Assembly (NCBI GenBank): GCA_002423615.1
Contig: DIKO01000047.1
Location: 5,947 to 69,946, forward strand
Reading direction: 5' to 3'
Source of the DNA: Desulfobacteraceae bacterium UBA5616
Lineage (GTDB): Bacteria; Desulfobacterota; Desulfobacteria; Desulfobacterales; UBA5616
Length of the DNA stretch: 64,000 nucleotides
The first letter of the stretch is position 1. Each line of letters begins with the position of its first letter. Both the position numbers and the translations under genes were made by a program. The notes beneath the pieces are model-generated. The model was not told where the DNA came from. It searched no databases and saw only the letters and a program-made list of their open reading frames with translations. This document shows positions 28,715 through 36,912 of the stretch, piece by piece.

Positions 28715-29763
28715 TTAAAGCCCATCAGCACAAGGGTTTTTTCATTCTGTTTCCATCGGATTTGAAATAGATTCCCCAGCAGGGATTTTCGTTTTTCCCT
28801 GAAGGTCCGGTATCTTCTGTATCCCTCGAAATCCCCCTTTTGGACAAACTCCAGAAGTTTTTTCTTGCTGCCGCTGTAGTAACCTTGGTAGCGGGTTAAA
28901 GGAATATCCCTGATCCGCAGATGGGCTTCCATGAAAAATTCCTTTTCCCATTGCTCATGGACCGTCTTCAGGTTTACCAGAATATCCTTGAGAACACGTC
29001 CCATATACTGTTTTTCGAACTTTTCCAGACATTTTTTCTCTTCCATGAAACGCCTGAGGAGATCATGGGCTTTGAAGGCGTCAAAAATCTTTCGGTCTAA
29101 TTTACGCGTGGCATTTTCTCGATGCTTGACATGAAAATACAAAGGTGCATCGACAAACAAAATTGACCGGGCGCAAATCATGGCCTTGAATGAGAACAAA
29201 ACATCCTCCTCCCAGAGCAGATCATCAAAGCGGATGTCATTGCTCCTGAGAAAATCGGCACGGTAGATTTTTCTCCAGACCTGAACCTGATCGACCAGAT
29301 AGTCTTTGTCCACTTCGATGTTGACCCTTTGAAACTTAATCCCGGGGCGTCGGCTCAGGTCTAATTTTCCCAATCGGCTTTCGCCGAGGGTCTCATATCG
29401 GCATTCCGCCACATCGGCGTTCTCTATTTCCGCCGCCTTAAAAAGGGTCTCATACATAAATCCATTTAAAACATCGTCATGATCCACAAAGGCCACGTAC
29501 AATCCCCGGGCATCCTCGAGGCCGGCATTTCTCGCCGAACTCTGCCCGCCGTTTGTTTTCCGGATCAGCCGGATCCGGGAATCCCCGGAAAGAGAGCCCT
29601 CGAGGATTTCAAGGGTCAAAGGATCATCCGACCCATCATCTACCAGAATGATTTCCAGGTCCTTGAGCGTCTGCCGTGATATCGAATCAAGGCAGGCCCG
29701 TAAAAGCTCTCCCGTATTATAAACAGGCACGATCACGGAAACGGACGGGAACTGTTTATCCAT
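28702..29763 (-). CDS. glycosyltransferase family 2
   Basis: 353 aa with VSVIVPVYNTGELLRACLDSISRQT, ILVDDGSDD and VAFVDHDD (DxD), a classic GT-A/GT2 N-terminal domain. Confidence 0.88.
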   Translation of the reverse strand: MDKQFPSVSVIVPVYNTGELLRACLDSISRQTLKDLEIILVDDGSDDPLTLEILEGSLSGDSRIRLIRKTNGGQSSARNAGLEDARGLYVAFVDHDDVLNGFMYETLFKAAEIENADVAECRYETLGESRLGKLDLSRRPGIKFQRVNIEVDKDYLVDQVQVWRKIYRADFLRSNDIRFDDLLWEEDVLFSFKAMICARSILFVDAPLYFHVKHRENATRKLDRKIFDAFKAHDLLRRFMEEKKCLEKFEKQYMGRVLKDILVNLKTVHEQWEKEFFMEAHLRIRDIPLTRYQGYYSGSKKKLLEFVQKGDFEGYRRYRTFREKRKSLLGNLFQIRWKQNEKTLVLMGFKWSK

Positions 29764-30565
29764 TGGGGTTTACTCGGGTGGGGTTCACTCGGGACAATAT
29801 AGTCAGGCCATTGCTGTGGGCCGAGTGCTCGATCAACCATCCTTCAAGGCAGTCAATGAAGGGTACCGTTTCATCATAAGACCGGCCGATCTTTTCCTCG
29901 ATGGCCCGGATGACGCCCCGGTTATTGTCTTTCCCTTTGACGATGGTGCCGTCCTTGCGTTTGAAATAGGGCCCCATGTTGGTGTCATGAAAAATGGCTT
30001 TTCCTTTTTCCGACAACAAGGGAAACCAGGCTTCGATCTCGCGCCGTGTATGGTCGTATTCATGACTGGTATCGATGAACAGAACGTCAATGGATGAAGG
30101 AAGACGGTTTTTTTCGCACCAGTCTTTGAATTCGCCGGCGAAAACCACATCATCCGCCTGAACGAAACGCCAGATGCTTCGGTATTTTGACTCGTACACG
30201 ACTTTACTGCAATCATCTATGTCCACACTGAGCATATGTGATCCGGCAATGTGCGCGGCCCCTAAAATGGCCTTGGTGCTGTCTCCCCCACGGGTCCCCA
30301 GTTCGACAACCAGGGCAGGCCGTGCTTTCAGGATTTCGCAAAACAATGTCGGAAGATGATCCGTGATATCGGATGGCGGGAGTTCCTCAAACAAACCATT
30401 AATTCGAATGGAGCGAGTCGCCGGCGTCAGCAAGCGCGCCACCGGCGGGGCAATCAACGCATTCAGACTCAACCCCAGACCGTTGACGATGCGCTTACGA
30501 TAAATATGTTTTACCAGGCCTTTGAAGTCTCCGGCCTGCATCAATGAAATGGTTTTTCCTTTCAT
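29756..30565 (-). CDS. class I SAM-dependent methyltransferase
   Basis: 269 aa with motif I VVELGTRGGDST and downstream LSVDIDD and LFIDTSHEYDH, resembling the Methyltransf_24 / O-methyltransferase-type fold. 8-nt overlap with the downstream GT2 start. Confidence 0.7.
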   Translation of the reverse strand: MKGKTISLMQAGDFKGLVKHIYRKRIVNGLGLSLNALIAPPVARLLTPATRSIRINGLFEELPPSDITDHLPTLFCEILKARPALVVELGTRGGDSTKAILGAAHIAGSHMLSVDIDDCSKVVYESKYRSIWRFVQADDVVFAGEFKDWCEKNRLPSSIDVLFIDTSHEYDHTRREIEAWFPLLSEKGKAIFHDTNMGPYFKRKDGTIVKGKDNNRGVIRAIEEKIGRSYDETVPFIDCLEGWLIEHSAHSNGLTILSRVNPTRVNPNG

Positions 30566-30629
30566 GACATCTCCTTATCCATCGGCTATTGACTACAGCC
30601 GCCATGCATAACGCAACGCAATTGAATGC

Positions 30630-31577
30630 CTAAGAAGGTCCGGATCTCAACATCGCTCGTTTTTTCTTTTCCCTTCGCTGATTGCGGGCGAGGTCCTCCG
30701 GATATAAATGGGGATAATGGCGTTTCCACCTTTTGTGAAACCAGAACCATTGACAGGGATAAGCCCTGACAATTTTTTCAACCTCATCGGTCATCTTCTG
30801 GGTATTGATCCGGATATCCGACTTGGCATCCCGGGTTTTGACCATCGGCAGGGGAGGCCGTACCACCAACAAAAGTTGCCCGGTTTTTTCCTCCCGCACG
30901 CAGAAAACCGGTAACACCGGGCAATCGTATCGTCTTGCCAGAAGCGCTGCAGAAGGAGTGGCATTGACCTTTTTATCGAAAAACATCACTTCAACAGCTT
31001 CGGAGGGCCTGGTTTCCTGGTCGATTAAAAGGCCGACGCCTTTTTTATCCCTCAAAGCCCGGGCCATGTGGTGCAATGCCCCTTTTTTATATAATATCCG
31101 GTTTCCGAACTTGGATCGCAGACGGTTGATGAAATGATCGAGGCTGTTGAATTTCAAGGGCTTCGCCACCAGCACCAGTTCCATATCAATGTAAGCCGAC
31201 GTAAAAAGATGGGCAATTTCCCAGTTTCCGATATGAGCGGAAAAAAAAATAAACCCCTTCCCCGGCTTTACGGCTTTTTCCAGGTTATCCTGGCCGATGA
31301 CCCTGACCACACCGAGAAGGTCCTCCCGGGTTAGAAAGGCCAGCTTTATCAGTTCCACCAGGGTAAGGCCGAACTGCCCGTAGATGTTCCGGCAGAGACT
31401 GGTGAGGTCATGACGCGGCATGTCCGGAAAGGCAAAATCAAGATTTCGGTGTACGATGCGTTTATACCGGGGATCCAGTGCATGAATCAGCCCGCCGATC
31501 ATGTGCCCGAACTTGATGTCCCCTGGTCTTAAAAGCGGGCTAACCGGGTGCGATTTATCCTTTTCCTGCAAAATCAA
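30630..31577 (-). CDS. lipid A biosynthesis late acyltransferase (LpxL/HtrB family)
   Basis: 315 aa with the acyltransferase HX4(D/E) box in FFSAHIGNWEI. Size and layout match LpxL/LpxM-type lauroyl/myristoyl acyltransferases. 4-nt overlap with the upstream GT2. Confidence 0.75.
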   Translation of the reverse strand: MILQEKDKSHPVSPLLRPGDIKFGHMIGGLIHALDPRYKRIVHRNLDFAFPDMPRHDLTSLCRNIYGQFGLTLVELIKLAFLTREDLLGVVRVIGQDNLEKAVKPGKGFIFFSAHIGNWEIAHLFTSAYIDMELVLVAKPLKFNSLDHFINRLRSKFGNRILYKKGALHHMARALRDKKGVGLLIDQETRPSEAVEVMFFDKKVNATPSAALLARRYDCPVLPVFCVREEKTGQLLLVVRPPLPMVKTRDAKSDIRINTQKMTDEVEKIVRAYPCQWFWFHKRWKRHYPHLYPEDLARNQRREKKKRAMLRSGPS

Positions 31578-32350
31578 ACCTTTTCGTTGTTTTTGAGCTG
31601 CATCAGTTTCAAAAATCTCAGGAAAACCGAATATCCTGAAAATACGGAGATCACAAAACCGGTTTTACCGTCCAGTACGCCCATACGAAGGATGTAGTGG
31701 TTGAAAAAACGATACAGGGGTTTTACCGCCAGATGGAACAAGGTCACTTTTTTGATTTTATGAATCCTGTCATACGCGCTCCAGGTGGTATACTGATCTA
31801 TTTTCGCCAGGTAGGTTTTAAGGTCCTTATAGGTATGGTGTTCCATCCGGTTTTTTAATTTCCCGATCTTCCCCTGGGTTTTAATTTCCGCATGGACGTG
31901 TTTGTCTTCGTACCGGCACGCATCCCTTTTAAACAGCCTGATAACGCAATCGTTCTGCCATCCGCTGAATTTTACCGGCTTTCCCATGAAATAATTCCGG
32001 CGGTAAATCCAGAAGGCGGATTTATCCGTGCCGCTTTCCAGAACGCGCCTGATTTCCAATGCCAATTCAGGGGTTATCCGTTCATCGGCATCCACCAGCA
32101 AAATCCACGGATTCGATGCCTGGGGAATGGCCCAGTTCTTCTGTGAGGCTGAGTATTGATATTCCCTCTGAAGAATAAAATCCGTATATTTTCCGGCAAG
32201 CTCGACTGTTTTATCCGTGCTGAAGGAATCCACCACCATGATTTCATCGGCGAATGCAACAGATTGCAGAACAGCTTCTATATTATGCTCTTCGTTTTTG
32301 GTCGGAATGATGGCGGTTAATTTTTCCATGATCTCTTCTTCAGTGTCCAT
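31574..32350 (-). CDS. GT2 LPS-core glycosyltransferase, WaaE/KdtX-like
   Basis: 258 aa with LTAIIPTKNEEHNIEAVLQSVAFADEIMVVDSFSTDKT, LLVDADERITPEL, SGWQND and GVLDGKTGFV. This matches my recollection of the about 258-aa WaaE/KdtX inner-core glucosyltransferase family. Confidence 0.7.
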   Translation of the reverse strand: MDTEEEIMEKLTAIIPTKNEEHNIEAVLQSVAFADEIMVVDSFSTDKTVELAGKYTDFILQREYQYSASQKNWAIPQASNPWILLVDADERITPELALEIRRVLESGTDKSAFWIYRRNYFMGKPVKFSGWQNDCVIRLFKRDACRYEDKHVHAEIKTQGKIGKLKNRMEHHTYKDLKTYLAKIDQYTTWSAYDRIHKIKKVTLFHLAVKPLYRFFNHYILRMGVLDGKTGFVISVFSGYSVFLRFLKLMQLKNNEKV

Positions 32351-32860
32351 CCGGGGTTGTATCTGCCCGGATCAAATAGAAAACGCACATTTGGGGTAGC
32401 TTTTTTTCTGCTGAAGGTAGTATCGGAAATTTAGCCAACATACTAAAATATTTACAAAAGCATGAAATTGTCCCCACACAAAATGCACGAAAAAGCCAAA
32501 GGCAAATACCGCTTAACGAACTTGAAACAGCCGGTTCTCAACAGGCGGAGCTTGAAGGTATCTGCCGCATAATTGATAACACGCCTACCATTTGCGACTA
32601 TGTTCTGCAAGACCTTAATCTATGTAAATTTTCAAACCCAGACAGGTGATAGCAGCATGAGCACCCATCAATTTCTGAGGACTGCTGTTGTCTCATGTCT
32701 GGAAGATATAAGAAATCGCTCTCCCTTAAAAAGGCTTTCTTCCAGTCCGGGCTGCTGCCCCCTCCCAATCGGAATAAAGATATTTGCTCATATTAAGGAC
32801 ATCGCCCCAATCTCGCCGGGCTCGTCCTGCCACAGGATAAGATCGTGTTTCGCTCTGCTC

Positions 32861-33898
32861 TCACGATCTATCCTTATTACTATTCTTGCTGAAAAAAAAA
32901 TTGCCTACTCTAGTGAAAAAATTCCTCCACCCCATTTTAGAACCTGATCTGATTAATTCAACTTGTCGACTTAGATTACCGTAATTCGTTGCAATTTGCT
33001 CGGCTGTTGCTGCAAACACCTTAAATGGGTCGGAAGTTGAAGCCGGAACATATTTAATAGTAAAATCGGATAGACTGTCTTCTATTGGATCTCTAACAAC
33101 ATGTTGTCCTTCGTCGGATTTTATGGGTTCACCCAAATAATTAACTGCGGCTCTTTCGAGATCCAAAAAAGCTTCCTCTTTGTTTTCGATAATTCTATCG
33201 AATAGATTTTTCCAATGGTAACTCTTGCCTCCAGTATGTCGGGAACTGGATAGCGTCGAGAGCCATCCAACCAATATTTTGGTTGATATCTGTACTCTGG
33301 AACGTACCGGGAAGTGCGCCAAAACCATCCCGGAGGGAGGTTCCTGGCATTTCACCCTCTTTTTACCTATGCGAATGTCGTGATTTCCCATTGTAATCAG
33401 AACATTTTTGTTCTTTCCAATTTTTACCGGAACCATAACCTTGTAGATTTGTTTTACTTCTTTTTGCAGTCGATGTGAAACACGTTTTAATACATTAGGC
33501 TCGCCAGGATCATTTATAGTGGGTACATAAGTAACCCAAGGAACTTTAAGTGTTTGATTTTGATTCAATTCGATAAAAATATCGCGAAGTGTTTCTCCCA
33601 TGGGGGGGATTAAAAATTCATCAGCATCCAGTAACAGGACCCAGTCAGCCTCTAAATCATAAAAGGCGTGGTTCATCATTATTTCCATACGTTCCTGCTG
33701 CAAATGCCCTGGCCGGTTGTCTCTTATTAGCGATATGGGCAACCCTTCATCTGCAAGCTTTAGTACAAGATCGTCTGAACCGTCCATGCTTAAATTATCC
33801 GTAATTAGGATGTGGTCCGCTACCCTGTAATAGTATCTAATCCAGGATTCAATTATATCCGCTTCGTTCCGCATGGTCATTACGGCTACAATTTTCAT
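32861..33898 (-). CDS. glycosyltransferase, GT2-like (Glyco_tranf_2_4 / GT92-like) in an AT-rich segment
   Basis: 345 aa with MKIVAVMTMRNEADIIESWIRYYYRVADHILITDNLSMDGSDD and LLLDADEFL (DxD). Confidence 0.65.
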   Translation of the reverse strand: MKIVAVMTMRNEADIIESWIRYYYRVADHILITDNLSMDGSDDLVLKLADEGLPISLIRDNRPGHLQQERMEIMMNHAFYDLEADWVLLLDADEFLIPPMGETLRDIFIELNQNQTLKVPWVTYVPTINDPGEPNVLKRVSHRLQKEVKQIYKVMVPVKIGKNKNVLITMGNHDIRIGKKRVKCQEPPSGMVLAHFPVRSRVQISTKILVGWLSTLSSSRHTGGKSYHWKNLFDRIIENKEEAFLDLERAAVNYLGEPIKSDEGQHVVRDPIEDSLSDFTIKYVPASTSDPFKVFAATAEQIATNYGNLSRQVELIRSGSKMGWRNFFTRVGNFFFSKNSNKDRS

Positions 33899-34016
33899 TG
33901 CTTACCCTCTTTCGGAAATTCGCGCCGAACAAATTTATAAAGCTGGCGACTGTTCCCTTGCCTAACATGCCGATTAGAATGGAGCGATGTTTTTTCTGTG
34001 TAGATTATTGCATCCG

Positions 34017-34862
34017 TTAACTCTGGATTGCCGAAGAACAAGGCAAATAGATACAGTTAAACTCGTGCGCATGAGGGAATCTGTCGTCTATCGGATATAA
34101 ACCGCTTACATCAAAACCTCTTGACTTAAACAATTTCAATGAGTCACTTAACAACGGCATATTTTTATAGATTGGTGTAACAGAGGCTTCTGTTTGCACC
34201 CCATAAATCATATCGATACATCCTAAACATCCTTCGAAAATATCCAAATCAAACCCTTGTGTGTCGAGTTTAAGAAATACATTTCTAAAAGAATAATGTT
34301 CACTCAGCTCTGGAAGAACTTCATCAAGCCTTTTTACACAAACATGAATTTTATCTATAATCGAATTATCTTCTTCATATTGTTTCGTGAAAGAATTATC
34401 CGGCTCCAAAAAGGAGTTGAATACACTGTTTTTCATTATATTAAGGCATAGACCGGAGTTCTTTTTCCCCAAAGCATAGTCCTGGATTATCCATTTCTTA
34501 TCGAATTTACAAGCATCCTTAAGAGAAAGAACATTACTAGGGTCTGGCTCAAAAGAAATTATTAAATCTCGATATTCCACATCGGATCGTAGAAAATTAC
34601 GATATTGTCCAATGTTTGCACCAACATCAATAATGCAATCAATTTGATATTTAGTGATTATTCTTTGCATTCTTCTAACTAGCTGTAGATCCTTAAGTTT
34701 TGATTTAGGGATAACCTCTATACCGATCTTTCCAGTCAGCCTGCGCATTATTTTTTTTATTGAGTGTTTCAAGAGCATTCCTTTCTTCTTTGTCGTCTCT
34801 TCGATATATATGGTTACCCCCGAAATCCAGACAAAAAAACGAGTAATGCGGTGGACAATCAT
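34017..34862 (-). CDS. FkbM-family methyltransferase
   Basis: 281 aa with IIDVGANIGQYRNFL, the FkbM (Methyltransf_21) glycine-rich motif. Very AT-rich. ATGA overlap with the upstream GT4 stop. Confidence 0.75.
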   Translation of the reverse strand: MIVHRITRFFVWISGVTIYIEETTKKKGMLLKHSIKKIMRRLTGKIGIEVIPKSKLKDLQLVRRMQRIITKYQIDCIIDVGANIGQYRNFLRSDVEYRDLIISFEPDPSNVLSLKDACKFDKKWIIQDYALGKKNSGLCLNIMKNSVFNSFLEPDNSFTKQYEEDNSIIDKIHVCVKRLDEVLPELSEHYSFRNVFLKLDTQGFDLDIFEGCLGCIDMIYGVQTEASVTPIYKNMPLLSDSLKLFKSRGFDVSGLYPIDDRFPHAHEFNCIYLPCSSAIQS

Positions 34863-35956
34863 TCAAGAGAGTCGATATATTCGCAAAAACTTCGAGTGGT
34901 GATTTCAATATCAAAAAAGTTCTCCGCACTTGTTTTTCCCTCGAACCCCATTTTTTCCCTTAACGATTTATTTTGGGACAACAATTCAATTTTTTCCACA
35001 AATGCATCAATATCCATTTCCTTAATCAAAAAGCCGGTTTGCCCGTTTTGAATGATTTCCGGATTGCTGCTGACGTCAAACGCGATGACCGGCCTTTCGG
35101 CAGCCATGGCCTCGACGATGACATAGCCGAACCCCTCCCATAACGAGGGCAACAGAAAGATATCGATCGTCTCCATGAAACGGTGGATATCCTGGACAAA
35201 CCCCAAAAACAGGACTTCATTGACTACATCGTGCATCAGAACGAGTTGTTTCAACTCGTCGAGGCATTTGCCATCACCGGCTATGAGCAATTTAAATTTC
35301 AGGTGTCTTTGCTTGAGCCTTCGGGCGATTTCAATGAGATATTTCTGCCCTTTTTGCGCCACCAGCCGCCCTGCATTTCCAAGAACAATTTCACCCGGGT
35401 GCCTTTCATAAAGCGGAGGTGCCTTCAACAGGCAAGGATTTTCAATCGATATACCGTTATAGATCACCCGGATCTTATCCTCTGGGAAAAGCTGGGGATT
35501 GTTTTGAAGGATCGTATGCCGGGTCTGTTGGGAATTGGCAATGATGCCTGTCAGAATCCATTTAAACAGCAGGCGGTTCAATAAACTATTTTTGATGGGG
35601 ATGGCGCTTCCCCTCCGGTAGATGATGTTTTTGACGCCGGCAAGCTTGGCGGCCGGTCCGGCTGCCTTAACATCTTCGGAAAGGTTCAGGATAATGGTAT
35701 GGATCCGTTCACGTTTCAGCAGGGTATAAATGCGATACATTTTGAACGGGTTCAGAAAACTGAGGTTGGAAACCTTCACCGTATCAAAAGGAATGCCGGT
35801 TGCTTTTAACCGGGAGGAAAGCTCACTGTTCTTTCCTGAAATGACAAAGGGTTTAAATTTATCCGGATCGAGCCGAAGGGCCATGTCATAATGCCATTTT
35901 TCCCCTCCGCCCCAGGCGATGCTGCTGTTGAAAAAACAGATGTTTTTTTTGGACAT
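34859..35956 (-). CDS. glycosyltransferase family 4 (GT-B, Glycos_transf_1)
   Basis: 365 aa with N-terminal WGGGEKW and the C-terminal E-x7-E region PSLWEGFGYVIVEAMAAERPVIAFDVSSNPEII. Confidence 0.88.
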   Translation of the reverse strand: MSKKNICFFNSSIAWGGGEKWHYDMALRLDPDKFKPFVISGKNSELSSRLKATGIPFDTVKVSNLSFLNPFKMYRIYTLLKRERIHTIILNLSEDVKAAGPAAKLAGVKNIIYRRGSAIPIKNSLLNRLLFKWILTGIIANSQQTRHTILQNNPQLFPEDKIRVIYNGISIENPCLLKAPPLYERHPGEIVLGNAGRLVAQKGQKYLIEIARRLKQRHLKFKLLIAGDGKCLDELKQLVLMHDVVNEVLFLGFVQDIHRFMETIDIFLLPSLWEGFGYVIVEAMAAERPVIAFDVSSNPEIIQNGQTGFLIKEMDIDAFVEKIELLSQNKSLREKMGFEGKTSAENFFDIEITTRSFCEYIDSLE

Positions 35957-35959
35957 GGC

Positions 35960-36601
35960 CTATCTTTCAACCCGGATGGGATCTTTCTGCGATTCCGGCC
36001 ATTGGAGCCTGTTCTTTAATTTATCGACATTTCGGTTGATTTTATGTTTCGCCCAGGTCTTGCTGAGATTCGCGATGGGGATAAAATCGGAATTGCCGAT
36101 TCCGTCGATCATGTAAATGCGAAAACCACCGTTTTTTTTAAGGATCAGATTCCTGCCGTGCAGGTCCCGGGTGATGATGTGGTTGTTCCGCAGAAACGAA
36201 AAAAAGTCCTCCATCGCCTTCATGAGGTCCCCTGTCAAGCCATGGATTCGAATATATTCATTAACCGTCGGCGCCAAGGAACCATCGCCCGACCTGATCA
36301 ATTCCAGACATATGGCATCCCCCAGATCCGTTTCCATCATGCCGAAACATTTTGGAAAATGCCGCCAGACACCCTCACCCCTCTGTGCCAGATTTTTAAA
36401 CGCCTTCAATTCTTTCAAATTATCATCAAATGAATTCAGAGTCCGGAATTTTTTATACAGCGGCGCTGTTTTACGTTTGGCTTCAGGTAGTTTCTCCGGA
36501 CTCAATACCTTTAAAATTTTATTGTCATCGTCCGGGTGAAGATAGCATATACGGTTGCCCCCTTTGAACAATATTTTCCTGTCCTTTAATTTTATCTTCA
36601 T
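35960..36601 (-). CDS. YrbL-family (PhoP regulatory network protein) kinase-like protein
   Basis: N-terminus MKIKLKDRKILFKGGNRICYLHPDD parallels my recollection of E. coli YrbL (SPLGTGRHRKCYAHPED). Kinase-like catalytic loop ITRDLHGRNLIL and IYMIDGIG. ATG at 36601 preferred over the TTG at 36628. Confidence 0.65.
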   Translation of the reverse strand: MKIKLKDRKILFKGGNRICYLHPDDDNKILKVLSPEKLPEAKRKTAPLYKKFRTLNSFDDNLKELKAFKNLAQRGEGVWRHFPKCFGMMETDLGDAICLELIRSGDGSLAPTVNEYIRIHGLTGDLMKAMEDFFSFLRNNHIITRDLHGRNLILKKNGGFRIYMIDGIGNSDFIPIANLSKTWAKHKINRNVDKLKNRLQWPESQKDPIRVER

Positions 36602-36605
36602 CCTC

Positions 36606-36791
36606 TTACCCCGGACCCGCTTTTTCAACGGCTCGAAATTTTTGACCGTTCGGTGCGCGGATGATCAACTTTCCGATGGCCGGACCCTCTTTCAGGAAAT
36701 CGCTATAATATAACTCATTTGAGAATGCAAGGCGCATACGGACGGGAGTCAACGGCCCTCGTCGGCCGTTTTTCGGTTTTAATTTAACCAT
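36606..36791 (-). CDS. possible small basic ORF (61 aa) upstream of the YrbL-like gene
   Basis: Its stop TAA lies 4 nt before the ATG of the next gene. No recognisable family. It overlaps a plus-strand terminator-like hairpin, so it may not be coding. Confidence 0.25.
   Translation of the reverse strand: MVKLKPKNGRRGPLTPVRMRLAFSNELYYSDFLKEGPAIGKLIIRAPNGQKFRAVEKAGPG
36751..36780 (+). terminator. canonical-looking intrinsic terminator on the plus strand with no upstream plus-strand gene
   Basis: AACGGCC (36751-36757), loop CTCGTC, GGCCGTT (36764-36770), then TTTCGGTTTT. A perfect TATAAT sits about 45 nt upstream at 36704-36709. Confidence 0.5.
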
Positions 36792-36912
36792 ATCATATCA
36801 TTACATATTATATCCTTGCGACATCATCAGCGGGTCATATCGATTAAGATTTGTTTTTGACTCTCACCTGTGTTAGGGAGATTGCCGAACGCATTCATTC
36901 GGAGTGGCCTTT

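Noticed and set aside
32573-32947. 124-aa plus-strand ORF at the island border.
   Set aside because: Cys/Ser/Pro-rich, with no recognisable family, and its last 87 nt overlap the convergent GT gene. Kept only as part of the finding on the 32351-32860 gap, not as a feature.
36044-36539. Two plus-strand ORFs (129 and 140 aa) opposite the YrbL-like gene.
   Set aside because: They are antisense to a gene with clear family similarity. No Shine-Dalgarno, and the composition is unremarkable.
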